From positions 320,001 to 384,000 of the forward strand of contig CAVTHO010000003.1 of NCBI GenBank assembly GCA_963734545.1: 64,000 nt of DNA. The letters are read 5' to 3'. The position numbers and the translations under genes are program-made. How positions within the stretch are numbered: position 1 is the first letter of the stretch; each line of letters opens with the position of its first letter. Source of the stretch: an uncultured Spirochaetota bacterium (GTDB lineage Bacteria; Spirochaetota; Spirochaetia; SZUA-6; Fen-1364). Below are positions 30,906 to 40,600 of the stretch, one piece after another. The notes under the pieces are model-generated. The model was not told where the DNA came from and made no database searches. It was given only the letters and a program-made list of their open reading frames with translations.

Positions 30906-32756
30906 ATGGACAAGGCGCAGGCAGCGGACCGGGAGAGAAACTACCTCCAGTCCCTGGAGGAGATGCAGAGGCTCCGCAGGTTCGACGGTGACCCCTCGCG
31001 CTTCTGGCGGACATACCTCCGGGTTCTCGTCTCCGCCTCGGAGGCAGACAGCGGGATCATCGCGGTGAGGGTCAAATCCGCCGCAATGGGCTGGCGCATC
31101 CTTGTGGCCTCTCCGGAGACTCTCCTCTCCGGGGGGATCGCGGAGACGATGCTGAACGAGGTTTCCGGAACCGCGGCCGAGGCCCTGGACAAGGGAGCCA
31201 CCCGATCGGAGTCCAACGGGCGCGGGGTGCTCGCGGTCCGGCTGCAGACCGACACGGTGGACGAAGGTTGTGTCGGCATCTTTTTCACCGGCACGATGCA
31301 CCCCGCGGAGGCATCCGAGCGGATGCGGCGGGTGCAGCTCGCCTCGGATATCCCTGCGAGCTACCAGCTCGCGCGGGTGGCCACCGAGGCGCGGACCCAG
31401 GTCTCTCACTTTGCCGGCGTGCTGGACCTCATGGTCCTCATCAACGCCGAGAAGAGGTTCCTCTCCGCCGCCATGACATTCTGCAATGAGCTGGCCTCCC
31501 GGCACGGCTGCGAGCGGGTCAGCCTGGGGTGGCTGGAGAAAGGCTACATCCGTCTCCAATCCACGAGCCGAGCGGACCGGTTCGAAAAAAAGACGGAAGC
31601 TGTGCAGCGCCTCGAAGCGGCAATGGAAGAGGCCCTGGACCAGAATACCGAGATCGTCCTGCCCCCGTCGGAGCCGGGCGGTGCTGTCCAGCGGGACCAC
31701 CGGGCCTACGCCGAGGCCTACGATGTGGCTCACGCGTGCTCGCTTCCCCTGCGCGTGGATGGGGAGGCGGTGGGCACGTGCACGTGCGAGCGGAGCTCCT
31801 CACCCTTTCCGGAGACCGAGCTTCGTCTGCTCAGGCTCTCCTGCGATCAGGCCGCGCGGCGCCTGGCGGACCTGAAACGCTCCGACCGCTGGATCGGCGC
31901 GCGCCTGGCCACCTCTCTCCGTGAAAAGCTCGCCCTTCTCCTGGGCTACCAGCACACGGGGGCGAAGGTGATCGCCATCGTCGTCGCGGCCCTCCTCGGC
32001 GTGGTCTTCTTCGGGCGGTTCGACTACCGGGTCAAGGCCGCGGCGGTGCTGCGCACGGATGACCTGGTCAACCTCACGGCCCCCTTCGACGGCCACCTGG
32101 AAAAGGTCCTGGTCCGGGTCGGAGACGCGGTGTCCGAGGGCCAGGAGCTCGTGAGCCTGGACCGGACCGACCTGCTGCTGCGTGAGGCGGAGCTCGTGGC
32201 GGAGAAAACCCGCTACGAGCGGGAGTTCGAAAAGGCACAGGGGTCGGGCGCCCTCGCGGACATGCGGATCACGACGGCCCTCAGGGACCAGGCCGCGGCG
32301 AGGCTGGAGCTCGCCCGCTACCAGCTGGATCGCGCGGTCATCCGCGCGCTCTTCTCAGGGGTCATCGTGGAGGGCGACCTGTTCGAGAAGCTCGGGTCGC
32401 CCGTTCGCCAGGGAGATCTGCTCCTGAAGCTCGGGCGCATGGAACGGCTGTACGCGGAGCTGGAAGTGAACGAAGCGGACATCCACGAGATCACCGGTGG
32501 GCTGAAGGGTGAGATCGCCCTTGCCAGCAGGCCGCAGGAACGCTTCGCCGCGCGGGTGACCCGGGTGGAGCCCGCGGCGGTGGCCAAGGAGAAGAAGAAC
32601 GTATTCGTGGTGAAGGCGGCCCTCACCGGTGATCGCCTGGACTGGTGGAGGCCGGGCATGAGCGGGGTCGCGCGGCTGGGGGTCGGCAAGCGCAGCCTGG
32701 CCTGGATCCTCACCCATCGGACCCTCGATTTCCTCCGGCTGCGGCTCTGGTGGTAG
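30906..32756 (+). CDS. GAF-like-domain-containing membrane fusion protein
   Basis: ATG 30906 after AGGAG; GAF-like region (CERVSLGW, AMEEALDQ, CSLPL...GEAVG....ER...F), one TM, then APFDG.L..V.VRVGD.V..GQ.L..LD and WRPGMSG.A. Confidence 0.85.
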   Translation: MDKAQAADRERNYLQSLEEMQRLRRFDGDPSRFWRTYLRVLVSASEADSGIIAVRVKSAAMGWRILVASPETLLSGGIAETMLNEVSGTAAEALDKGATRSESNGRGVLAVRLQTDTVDEGCVGIFFTGTMHPAEASERMRRVQLASDIPASYQLARVATEARTQVSHFAGVLDLMVLINAEKRFLSAAMTFCNELASRHGCERVSLGWLEKGYIRLQSTSRADRFEKKTEAVQRLEAAMEEALDQNTEIVLPPSEPGGAVQRDHRAYAEAYDVAHACSLPLRVDGEAVGTCTCERSSSPFPETELRLLRLSCDQAARRLADLKRSDRWIGARLATSLREKLALLLGYQHTGAKVIAIVVAALLGVVFFGRFDYRVKAAAVLRTDDLVNLTAPFDGHLEKVLVRVGDAVSEGQELVSLDRTDLLLREAELVAEKTRYEREFEKAQGSGALADMRITTALRDQAAARLELARYQLDRAVIRALFSGVIVEGDLFEKLGSPVRQGDLLLKLGRMERLYAELEVNEADIHEITGGLKGEIALASRPQERFAARVTRVEPAAVAKEKKNVFVVKAALTGDRLDWWRPGMSGVARLGVGKRSLAWILTHRTLDFLRLRLWW

Positions 32757-32768
32757 GGACGAGGCCGG

Positions 32769-34925
32769 ATGGTCGAGGAAAGCCGGATCTTTCACGAGTC
32801 GTGGTACCGCATCGCCAACCAGCGCGTCAGCCTGTCCGCGGCGGTGCGCGTGCGGCGGCAGCTCTTCCGCGGCTCCCGCTGGTACGTGCTCTCGGATCCC
32901 TTCAACGGACAATTCTACCGGCTCCGGCCCCAGGCCTATGATTTCATCGCGAGGCTCAGCGCCCGGCGCACCGTGGAAGAGGTGTGGCGCGAGGCGATGG
33001 AGCGGGACCCTGACAACACCCCCGGCCAGGAGGACGTGATCCAGCTCCTGGCCCAGCTCTACCACGCCAACCTGCTCCGCTACGAGCTGCCGGTGGACAG
33101 CGAGAAGCTCTTCGACCGCTACAAGGAACGCAGGCAGAAGGTCACCCGGTCCACCCTGCTGAACATCATGTTCGTTCGCATCCCTCTCCTGGACCCGGAT
33201 GCCTTCCTGCAGCGTCTTCTGCCGTTTGTCCGGGTGCTGATGAATCCCGTGGGGCTCATCATCTGGATTGCCATGGTTGTCTGGGGGATCGCTGCCGCGG
33301 CCGGAAATTCAGCCGCCCTCGGCTCCCAGACCCAGGGCGTCCTCTCCCTCTCCAACCTGCCTCTCCTCTACGCGGGGCTCGTCCTGATCAAGACCCTGCA
33401 CGAGTTCGGGCACGCCTTTGCCGTGCGGCGTTTCGGCGGCGAGGTGCATGTCATGGGAGTCATGTTCCTCATCTTCAGCCCCCTTCCCTACATAGACGCC
33501 ACGGCGGCCTGGGCCTTCCGGAGCAAGGCAAAGCGGGTCCTCGTGGGAGCGGCGGGCATGATCGTCGAGGTGTTCGTCGCCGCCTGCGCGGCGGTCGTGT
33601 GGGCGAACACCGGCCCGGGCGCGCTGCACGCACTTGCGTACAACATGATCTTCGTCGCCTCGGTTTCCACCATTGTCTTCAACATCAACCCGCTCCTGCG
33701 ATACGACGGCTACTACATCCTCTCCGACCTCTTCGACATCCCCAACCTCCACAGCCAGGCCACCCAGCATCTCCGGCACCTGGTGGAGCGCTACGCATTC
33801 GGCGACAAGAAGTCCCGCAGCCCCGCCGCCTCGCCGGTGGAGGCCTTCTGGCTCACCCTCTTCGGCGTGCTGAGCGGGATCTACCGGTTTGTCGTGTTCG
33901 GCGGCATCCTCCTGTTCCTCGCGGACCGCTTCCTCCTGGCCGGCATCATCATGGCCGCCGTCTGCGGCGTCTCGTGGGTGATTGTCCCGCTCCTGCGTCT
34001 CGTGCGCTATCTTGCCATCGACAAGAAGCTGGAGCGGAGACGGCTGCGCGCGGTGTCCGTTTGCGCGGGGGCCGTGGCCGTGATCGCGGCGTTTCTCCTC
34101 CTCTGTCCGTTCCCGAACAGCTTCAAGAGCCCCGGCGTCCTGAAGGCGCGGGACTCGGAAATCGTCATCAACCGGGTGGGCGGGGAAGTGCGGGAGGTCC
34201 TCGCCGCCTCGGGCTCGAGGGTGAAGGCGGGCGACAGCCTCGTGCGCATGGAAAACAGGGAGCTGGAGTTCAGGATCCGGGAGCTGGAGGCCAAGCTGGC
34301 GGAGGTGAACGCCGTGCGGCAGCGCGCGCTGCAGGAGCGCCGCGCGGACGTGAAACCGGTGGAGGGCGTCATCGAGTCCATCACCAAACAGCTTTTCCGG
34401 CTCTACGGGGATCGGGCCGCGCTGCTCCTGACGGCCCGTATCCCCGGGGTATGGGTGGCGCCGCGCGTGAACGAGCTGGTCGATTCGTGGATTCCCCGCG
34501 GCATGCCGGTAGGGGAAATCGTCGACGATGAGTCCTTTTCCTTTTCGGCCGTGGTGTCCCAGCGTGATGTCTCCCGCGTCTTCTCCGGAGAGGTGCGGAG
34601 CGCGGATGTGCGTATTGCGGGCCGGTCCGATCGGACCATTCCGACGGTGGGCTCGATCCGGATCCCGATGGAGAGGACGGCGCTGCCGTCCGCTGCGCTC
34701 GGTCTGGGCGGGGGAGGGGAGGTGGTGACCAACCTCATGGATCCCAGCGGCACGCGCGCCGCCCAGTCCTTCTATGAGGTGCGGCTGGAGATCGTGAAGG
34801 ATCCTTCGCTCGCCGTCTTCCACGGACAGTCCGGCCGGGCAAGGTTCCGGCTCCCGCCGGAGCCGCTCCTGCGCCAGGGCATCCGCAGCCTGCAGCAGCT
34901 CTTCCAGGAGCGGTACCAGCTGTGA
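32769..34925 (+). CDS. PqqD/RRE-like domain + M50 (site-2) metallopeptidase + HlyD-like adaptor fusion
   Basis: HEFGH zinc motif, GG.VH.MG...L...P.PY.D and FNINPLLRYDGYY; multiple TMs; N-terminal WYVL.DP....FYRL...RTVEEVW...QLL.QLY.ANLL; C-terminal lipoyl/hairpin-like region. Confidence 0.88.
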   Translation: MVEESRIFHESWYRIANQRVSLSAAVRVRRQLFRGSRWYVLSDPFNGQFYRLRPQAYDFIARLSARRTVEEVWREAMERDPDNTPGQEDVIQLLAQLYHANLLRYELPVDSEKLFDRYKERRQKVTRSTLLNIMFVRIPLLDPDAFLQRLLPFVRVLMNPVGLIIWIAMVVWGIAAAAGNSAALGSQTQGVLSLSNLPLLYAGLVLIKTLHEFGHAFAVRRFGGEVHVMGVMFLIFSPLPYIDATAAWAFRSKAKRVLVGAAGMIVEVFVAACAAVVWANTGPGALHALAYNMIFVASVSTIVFNINPLLRYDGYYILSDLFDIPNLHSQATQHLRHLVERYAFGDKKSRSPAASPVEAFWLTLFGVLSGIYRFVVFGGILLFLADRFLLAGIIMAAVCGVSWVIVPLLRLVRYLAIDKKLERRRLRAVSVCAGAVAVIAAFLLLCPFPNSFKSPGVLKARDSEIVINRVGGEVREVLAASGSRVKAGDSLVRMENRELEFRIRELEAKLAEVNAVRQRALQERRADVKPVEGVIESITKQLFRLYGDRAALLLTARIPGVWVAPRVNELVDSWIPRGMPVGEIVDDESFSFSAVVSQRDVSRVFSGEVRSADVRIAGRSDRTIPTVGSIRIPMERTALPSAALGLGGGGEVVTNLMDPSGTRAAQSFYEVRLEIVKDPSLAVFHGQSGRARFRLPPEPLLRQGIRSLQQLFQERYQL

Positions 34926-36907
34926 GCACCTTGACCAGGGACTACTACCGCACCTTCATAAGGAAACCCGAGCCGCTCCTGTCGGGTCTGGACGCACCGC
35001 TGCACTCAGCCGCGGGCGCGGTCACCAGCATCGGCAGCGAATCCGAGCTCCTCGAGCAGGCCGGGCGCATCGATGCCAGGGCTGCGGAGTGGAGCGACAG
35101 GTCCGACGGCAGGCTGGCGAGCGGGCTGCAGGACCTGCGGGACGCGTTCAAAAGGCGCGGCAGGGGCTTTGAGCTCCTCATTCCCGACGCCCTGGCCGCA
35201 ATCCGCGAGGCCGCAACGCGCAAAGTCGGCCTTCGTCCCTACACGGTACAGCTCGCCGGTGCCCTCGCGCTTTACCGGGGCTACATCGTGGAAATGGCCA
35301 CCGGTGAGGGAAAGACGCTGACCGCGGCCCTGGCCATGGTGCTCCATGGCTGGAGCGGGCTTCCCTGTCATGTCGTCACGGTCAACGATTATCTTGCCGA
35401 GCGGGACGCCACCTGGATGGGGACCCTGTACCGGTTCTGCGGGGTGAGCGTGGGTTTCGTCACCGGCGAGATGGACCCTGCCGGCCGCAGGAAGGGCTAT
35501 TCCGCCGACGTCACCTACACCACGAGCAAGGAGATCGTCGCCGACTTCCTCAGGGACAGGCTCTGGCTCGGTGATCTGCAGAAGGTGGAGCGCCGGCAGA
35601 TCGCCTCCCTCCTGGGCAGGCGGTCCCGCATCGAGGAAGGGCTGGTGATGCGGGGCATCCACACGGCCATCGTGGACGAGGCGGACAATGTTCTCATCGA
35701 CGAGGCGGTCACCCCTCTCATCATCTCCCGCGCGGGACCGAACACGCTGTTCGTCGACGCCTGCGGGGCGGCGCACGGCATTGCGACGAGCCTTGAGCCG
35801 GGCAGGGACTATCTTGTGAACCACAGGCAGAAGGAGATCGAGTTCGATGACTCGATGCGGGAGCGCATCGTGGACCGGATTCGCGCCCGGCCCGGCACAT
35901 TCGGCGGCGCGGCGGGGAACCTCGAGCTCGTTCATCAGGCCCTTTCGGCGCGGGAGTTCTTCAGAAACGACGGGGAGTACGTGATCATCGACGGGAAGGT
36001 GGTCATCGTGGACGAGTTCACCGGCCGCCAGATGCCCCAGCGGCAGTGGCGGGGCGGACTGCACCAGCTCGTCGAGCTGAAGGAAGGGCTCGCCGCCACA
36101 CCGCCGAGCGAGACACTGGCCCGGCTCAGCTTTCAGCGCTTCTTCCGGTTCTTCGGCAGGCTCTCCGGCATGACCGGCACGGCGCGCGAGGCGGCCCAGG
36201 AGCTCTGGGACATCTATCAGCTCAACGTGGTACGGATCCCGGAAAACAGGCCCTGCCGGCGCATCGAGTTCCCCCAGGTGGCATTCGCGCGGGCCGCCGA
36301 CCGCTGGCAGGCGGTTCTTGCGGAGATACTTTCCCAGCACGCAACCGGGCGGCCGGTCCTGGTGGGCACCCGCAGCGTGAAATCCAGCGAGCACCTCTCC
36401 TCCCTGTTGAGCGGGGCCGGGCTGTCCCACCAGGTCCTCAACGCGGTGCGTCACCGGGAAGAGGCGGCCATCGTGGCGCGCGCGGGAGAACGGGGTGCCG
36501 TCACCATCGCCACGAACATGGCCGGCAGGGGGACAGACATTCGACTCCCCGAAGGTGTCACCGGGCTGGGGGGGCTGCACGTGATCGCGACCGAGTGCCA
36601 CGAGTCCCACAGGATCGACCGCCAGCTCTTCGGGCGCTGCGCGCGGCAGGGCGACCCGGGGAGCGCCCGCGCCTACGTCAGCATGGAAGACGATCTCATG
36701 GTCCGGTTCCTGCCGGATGTGGCGCGCAGGGCAATCAGGGCGCAGCTCGATCGGGCGGTGCCCGGTTCCGTCTGGATGGCGCGTCAGGCGGTTGCGTGGG
36801 CGCAGCGCACTGCCCAGCGGGACGCCTTCGAGAGGCGGAGGTCCGTGCTCAAGATGGACACCTGGCTCGATGATTCGCTTTCCTTCGCGCCGCGCGACGT
36901 ATCGTGA
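34922..36907 (+). CDS. Secondary, truncated SecA-like DEAD ATPase (661 aa)
   Basis: EMATGEGKTL, HVVTVNDYLAERD, IVDEAD..LIDEA.TPLIIS, IVDEFTGR, SGMTGTA, ATNMAGRGTDI and HES.RIDRQL.GR.ARQGDPG. It ends shortly afterwards and is much shorter than housekeeping SecA. Confidence 0.92.
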   Translation: MSTLTRDYYRTFIRKPEPLLSGLDAPLHSAAGAVTSIGSESELLEQAGRIDARAAEWSDRSDGRLASGLQDLRDAFKRRGRGFELLIPDALAAIREAATRKVGLRPYTVQLAGALALYRGYIVEMATGEGKTLTAALAMVLHGWSGLPCHVVTVNDYLAERDATWMGTLYRFCGVSVGFVTGEMDPAGRRKGYSADVTYTTSKEIVADFLRDRLWLGDLQKVERRQIASLLGRRSRIEEGLVMRGIHTAIVDEADNVLIDEAVTPLIISRAGPNTLFVDACGAAHGIATSLEPGRDYLVNHRQKEIEFDDSMRERIVDRIRARPGTFGGAAGNLELVHQALSAREFFRNDGEYVIIDGKVVIVDEFTGRQMPQRQWRGGLHQLVELKEGLAATPPSETLARLSFQRFFRFFGRLSGMTGTAREAAQELWDIYQLNVVRIPENRPCRRIEFPQVAFARAADRWQAVLAEILSQHATGRPVLVGTRSVKSSEHLSSLLSGAGLSHQVLNAVRHREEAAIVARAGERGAVTIATNMAGRGTDIRLPEGVTGLGGLHVIATECHESHRIDRQLFGRCARQGDPGSARAYVSMEDDLMVRFLPDVARRAIRAQLDRAVPGSVWMARQAVAWAQRTAQRDAFERRRSVLKMDTWLDDSLSFAPRDVS

Positions 36908-36970
36908 AAAGGACAACAGTATCGCGCCTCCGTCGAAGGGAGGGAGCGATCAGGAACAGGAGGACCTGCA

Positions 36971-37537
36971 ATGGGTAGATCGGGTATGGCACGGGCAGCG
37001 GCATTCATCATGGTCTTTGCGGCGGCGTGCGGTCTGGAGGCACAGGAGGCGACGCCCCGGACCCTGCTGTTGTTCGGCCCCCGACTGGGGATTTCCGCGG
37101 TTATCCAGGACCCGGGTGATTTCGACGACAACATGCAGTCCCTGCTGCATGACTCGAGCAGGAGCTATTTCCCGGTCTACAGCGAAATGGGGGTCCAGGC
37201 GCAGCAGCTTTTTCCCCTGGGGGGAACCAGGAGCTACCTCACCTTCCAGCAGACGCTCCTGCTGGGAGGCTTGGACCAGGGCATGCCCCTTCCGAGCGCG
37301 TATATGACACTCGGTTATCGGATGGCATTCGGGCTCGAATTCGGTCTCGGCCCCTATGTCACTGTTGCCTCGCCGGGCGGCTCCCCGGGTTTTGCCTTCT
37401 CGATGGTCTATGTAGTCGGGTGGACTTTCGTCATGCCTGGATTCCAGCTGCCGATCACCCTCACGTTCGTTCCCCTCCCCAGCTATGTGAATCCGCAAAT
37501 CTCGGTCCTGGCCGGGCTCAGCTTCGGGACGCTGTAA
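36971..37537 (+). CDS. Secreted hypothetical protein, small outer-membrane beta-barrel-like
   Basis: Signal peptide ending GLEA|QE; alternating aromatic/hydrophobic strands (FGPRLGIS, LGYR..FGLEFGLGP, VGWTF, VLAGLSF); AGGAGG Shine-Dalgarno. Confidence 0.65.
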   Translation: MGRSGMARAAAFIMVFAAACGLEAQEATPRTLLLFGPRLGISAVIQDPGDFDDNMQSLLHDSSRSYFPVYSEMGVQAQQLFPLGGTRSYLTFQQTLLLGGLDQGMPLPSAYMTLGYRMAFGLEFGLGPYVTVASPGGSPGFAFSMVYVVGWTFVMPGFQLPITLTFVPLPSYVNPQISVLAGLSFGTL

Positions 37538-37559
37538 GGGCGAAACCTGAAAATAATTC

Positions 37560-37588
37560 TTGACAGCCATGGGATCATCATTTAAGAT
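37560..37588 (+). promoter_or_regulatory. Sigma70-type promoter of the giant protein gene
   Basis: TTGACA-N17-TAAGAT preceded by an AT-rich tract, ending 26 nt before ATG 37615. Confidence 0.7.
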
Positions 37589-37614
37589 CCGACGCAATTG
37601 AGCTCGCCAAGTGA

Positions 37615-40600
37615 ATGAAAATGGGGATTGATAAGAAGAAGTTCCAGCTCGAACCCCTCGAATCCAGACTCCTGCTCTCCGCCAATGGAATCTTGGACAC
37701 CGTTGCCGTGCCGTCGAGCATCGTCGGCGCTGACGTGGTCGTGGAAGTGCTCGGGGCCGGAGAACAGATCACCGCGGCAAATCATGTCGGCTCAATGTAT
37801 GCGCCGGAGGGAAATCTGCCGGATCTCCTGGCAGCCAATTCCCCGGCACTGACGTCCGCGGCACCGGCCGCCGTGGCCATGACCCCTGTGGATGGCGTGT
37901 CTCCTGCACCCGCGGAAACAGGCACCACCAGCGTCGTGGTCCAGGCTGAGGCCGCTGGACAGACACTGACCGGGTCCGTAACGGAATCGCCCGCAGGGCC
38001 CTCCGCTTTCCAGGCGCCGGATCAACAGACAAAAACTGACGAGCTTGTTGCTACTCTTCACGGCTCAGAGCCCCCGCCTGTTGGCGTCCAGAACATTCAT
38101 CTCGTTGCCGCGCAACCCGTCACAGCCCCGTCGGGCCTGGTGATCAACAGTGGAGACACGTTGTCCGGCAATGGCGCCATCACGGGAAACCTGCTCAACC
38201 TGGGCACGCTCAGTCCGGGCAATTCTCCGGGGATTGTGAACATCACCGGAGATACGGTGCTGGATCCCTCCGGCAGCCTGCTCGTCGAGATCGGCGGGCT
38301 CACGCCGGGACCGGGGAGCCCGAACATCAACGACGGCTACGATCAGGTGAACGTGTCCGGCGCTGCCACCCTGGGCGGGACCCTCCAGATCAGTCTTCTC
38401 GACGGTTACTTACCCCAGGTCGGGGATTCCTTCACGATCATGACCTATGGATCCGCCACCGGAGCCTTCAATTCGGTGAATGGGCTCGTCATCGGGGACG
38501 GCCTGGTCTTCAAGCTGGAGCAGGGTGCCACCGAGCTGCGCCTGGTTGTCTCGAATGACATCATGGACGTCATCGACGCCGTGTTCAGCGGGCACGCGGG
38601 CAGTTTCACCCAGACGGTCACTCCCGGGGATATCCAGCTCGGCGGGGTCCTCGGCATTCAGTCCCCTTCCCTGACCTTCAACTTTGCCTACAGCAGCGGG
38701 TCCTGGTCCGGCTCCATCAGCCTGACGGCGAGCGGAGCCTCCTTCCAGATCGGTGACGCCGTGAGCGCAACGATTGCCGACACGAACTCCGACGGCATCG
38801 CTCTCACGGGCACGTACTCCTTGAGCATCGGATCGCCGCTCAGCGGAACTTTCAGTCTGACGGCGGACAAGTTCAGCTTGAGCATACCTTCCCTGCTGAC
38901 GGCGGATGCCACCGGTGTCACGCTGGGCTACAATCCCAACGGCCTGCCGGAGCAGGAGCTGGTCAATCTGGATCATCTCTCCGTGGCCATTCTTCCGCTG
39001 GATGACACAATCGTCACCGTTAACAATCTGTCCATCCGCGCAAATGGCTTCTCTCTCACCGACGCAGAGGTGACCAAGTCTTCGGTGACCCTCGGCTCGG
39101 TCGTCTCCATTCAGACCCTCACGCTCACGTTCAAAGATGTCAAATACTCCACGACCGGCGGCCTTCAGGGAACATTCGGTGTAAGCGCGGCTACGGTGAG
39201 CATGTTCCCCGGGTATGACGCTTTCACGTCCACCATAACCGGGTTCAGCGGCTCCTACACACTGGGCACCAGGGCCCTCAGCCTGGGCGCGGCCACCGTC
39301 GCCTTCGAGATCGGAAACTTGCTGAAGCTCACCGCGACGGACGTGGGCTTCGACCTGGATCCTTTCAAGGTGACAATCGGGGGCATCGAGGTAAGCTCGC
39401 CGCGTTTCCAGGCGTTCAACCTCACTGCCTCCGCAACCGGGCTCACCATCACCTCCACCGGGTTCTCAGTGGCAAGCGCCACCCTCAGCACCACGAGCTC
39501 CGTGAGCATCGGTCCGGTTTTGACGGTTTCCGGCCTGAGCATCACCGCGACCGATTTTGGCTACGAGGTCGGATCCGGGGCAAAGTTCAATGGCACGCTG
39601 TCGGTCACCGTGGGCTCCGCAGCGTTGTTCCCGACAAAGCCGGTGAATGCTTCGGCTACAAATATCGTCGTGACGGTGAATCTTGCTCACGAGCATGAAG
39701 GGGAGCTTTCCTTCTCGGCCGCCACGGTGAGCTTTACCCTGGGCAGCATATTCGAAGCATCGGCCTCCTCGGTATCGATCAATCCCACTCCGGGACCGGG
39801 GCAGCTCGCCTTCAGCTTCGCGCGGATCACCGCGGGCCTTCCCCAATTCGGGATTTCCGGCACCCTGGGAGATACCGGTACGGATCCCTCTCCTCCCGCG
39901 AGCTTCGGCTTCGACGTGAACGGCAAGATCCAGGTCCTCGCAGGCGCGAGCTTCGGTTTCTCCTTTGACACCGCCACCGCTGATGCGGCCCAGAGCCTCA
40001 AGTGGCCGAGCTGGCTTCCCGTGCAGATTTCCGAGCTGTCCATCGCCTGGGGCAATATCACGGAAAATCCTGCGGATTTTGTCCTGACGTTCTCAGCCTC
40101 GGTCAATCTGAGCCAGATCAAGGGCGCGCCCCTGAGCCTGTCCGGATCAGTGACCGATATCGTCATCGACGTCGGAAAACTCATAGCCCTCGAGTTCCCC
40201 ATCGTCTCCATAGGCGTTGTCAGCGTGTCCGTGACAGGGGATCTTTTCGGCGGCACAATCAGTGCCACTCTCGTAGCCGGCGTTTTCAGGTATGACAGCG
40301 AAGGATACGAAGTAGACAGCAGCAACCAGCGGGTCGGACTCCCGGACGGCACCCCCACTGACCCGGTGGGAGCCATTTCCAGCGCATTCTACGGCGGCAT
40401 CAAGGGCGGCTTCTCCATGAAAGGCCTTTCAGGATTCGAGCTCAGCATCGGGCTGTCAGAGTTCGGGCCGCTCTCCGTCTACGTGACCGTGTCGCTGCCC
40501 ACCGGCATCCTTCTCGAGCCCAATTCCGGCCTCACCATCAACAACCTTCGCGGCGGGGTGGATTTCAACATGACCCTGCCGAACATTCCGAATCCTGACA

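Noticed and set aside
34922-36907. Housekeeping secA or the Gram-positive accessory SecA2/SecY2 system
   Set aside because: Too short, no secY2/asp/gtf genes, and embedded in an MFP/M50 operon.
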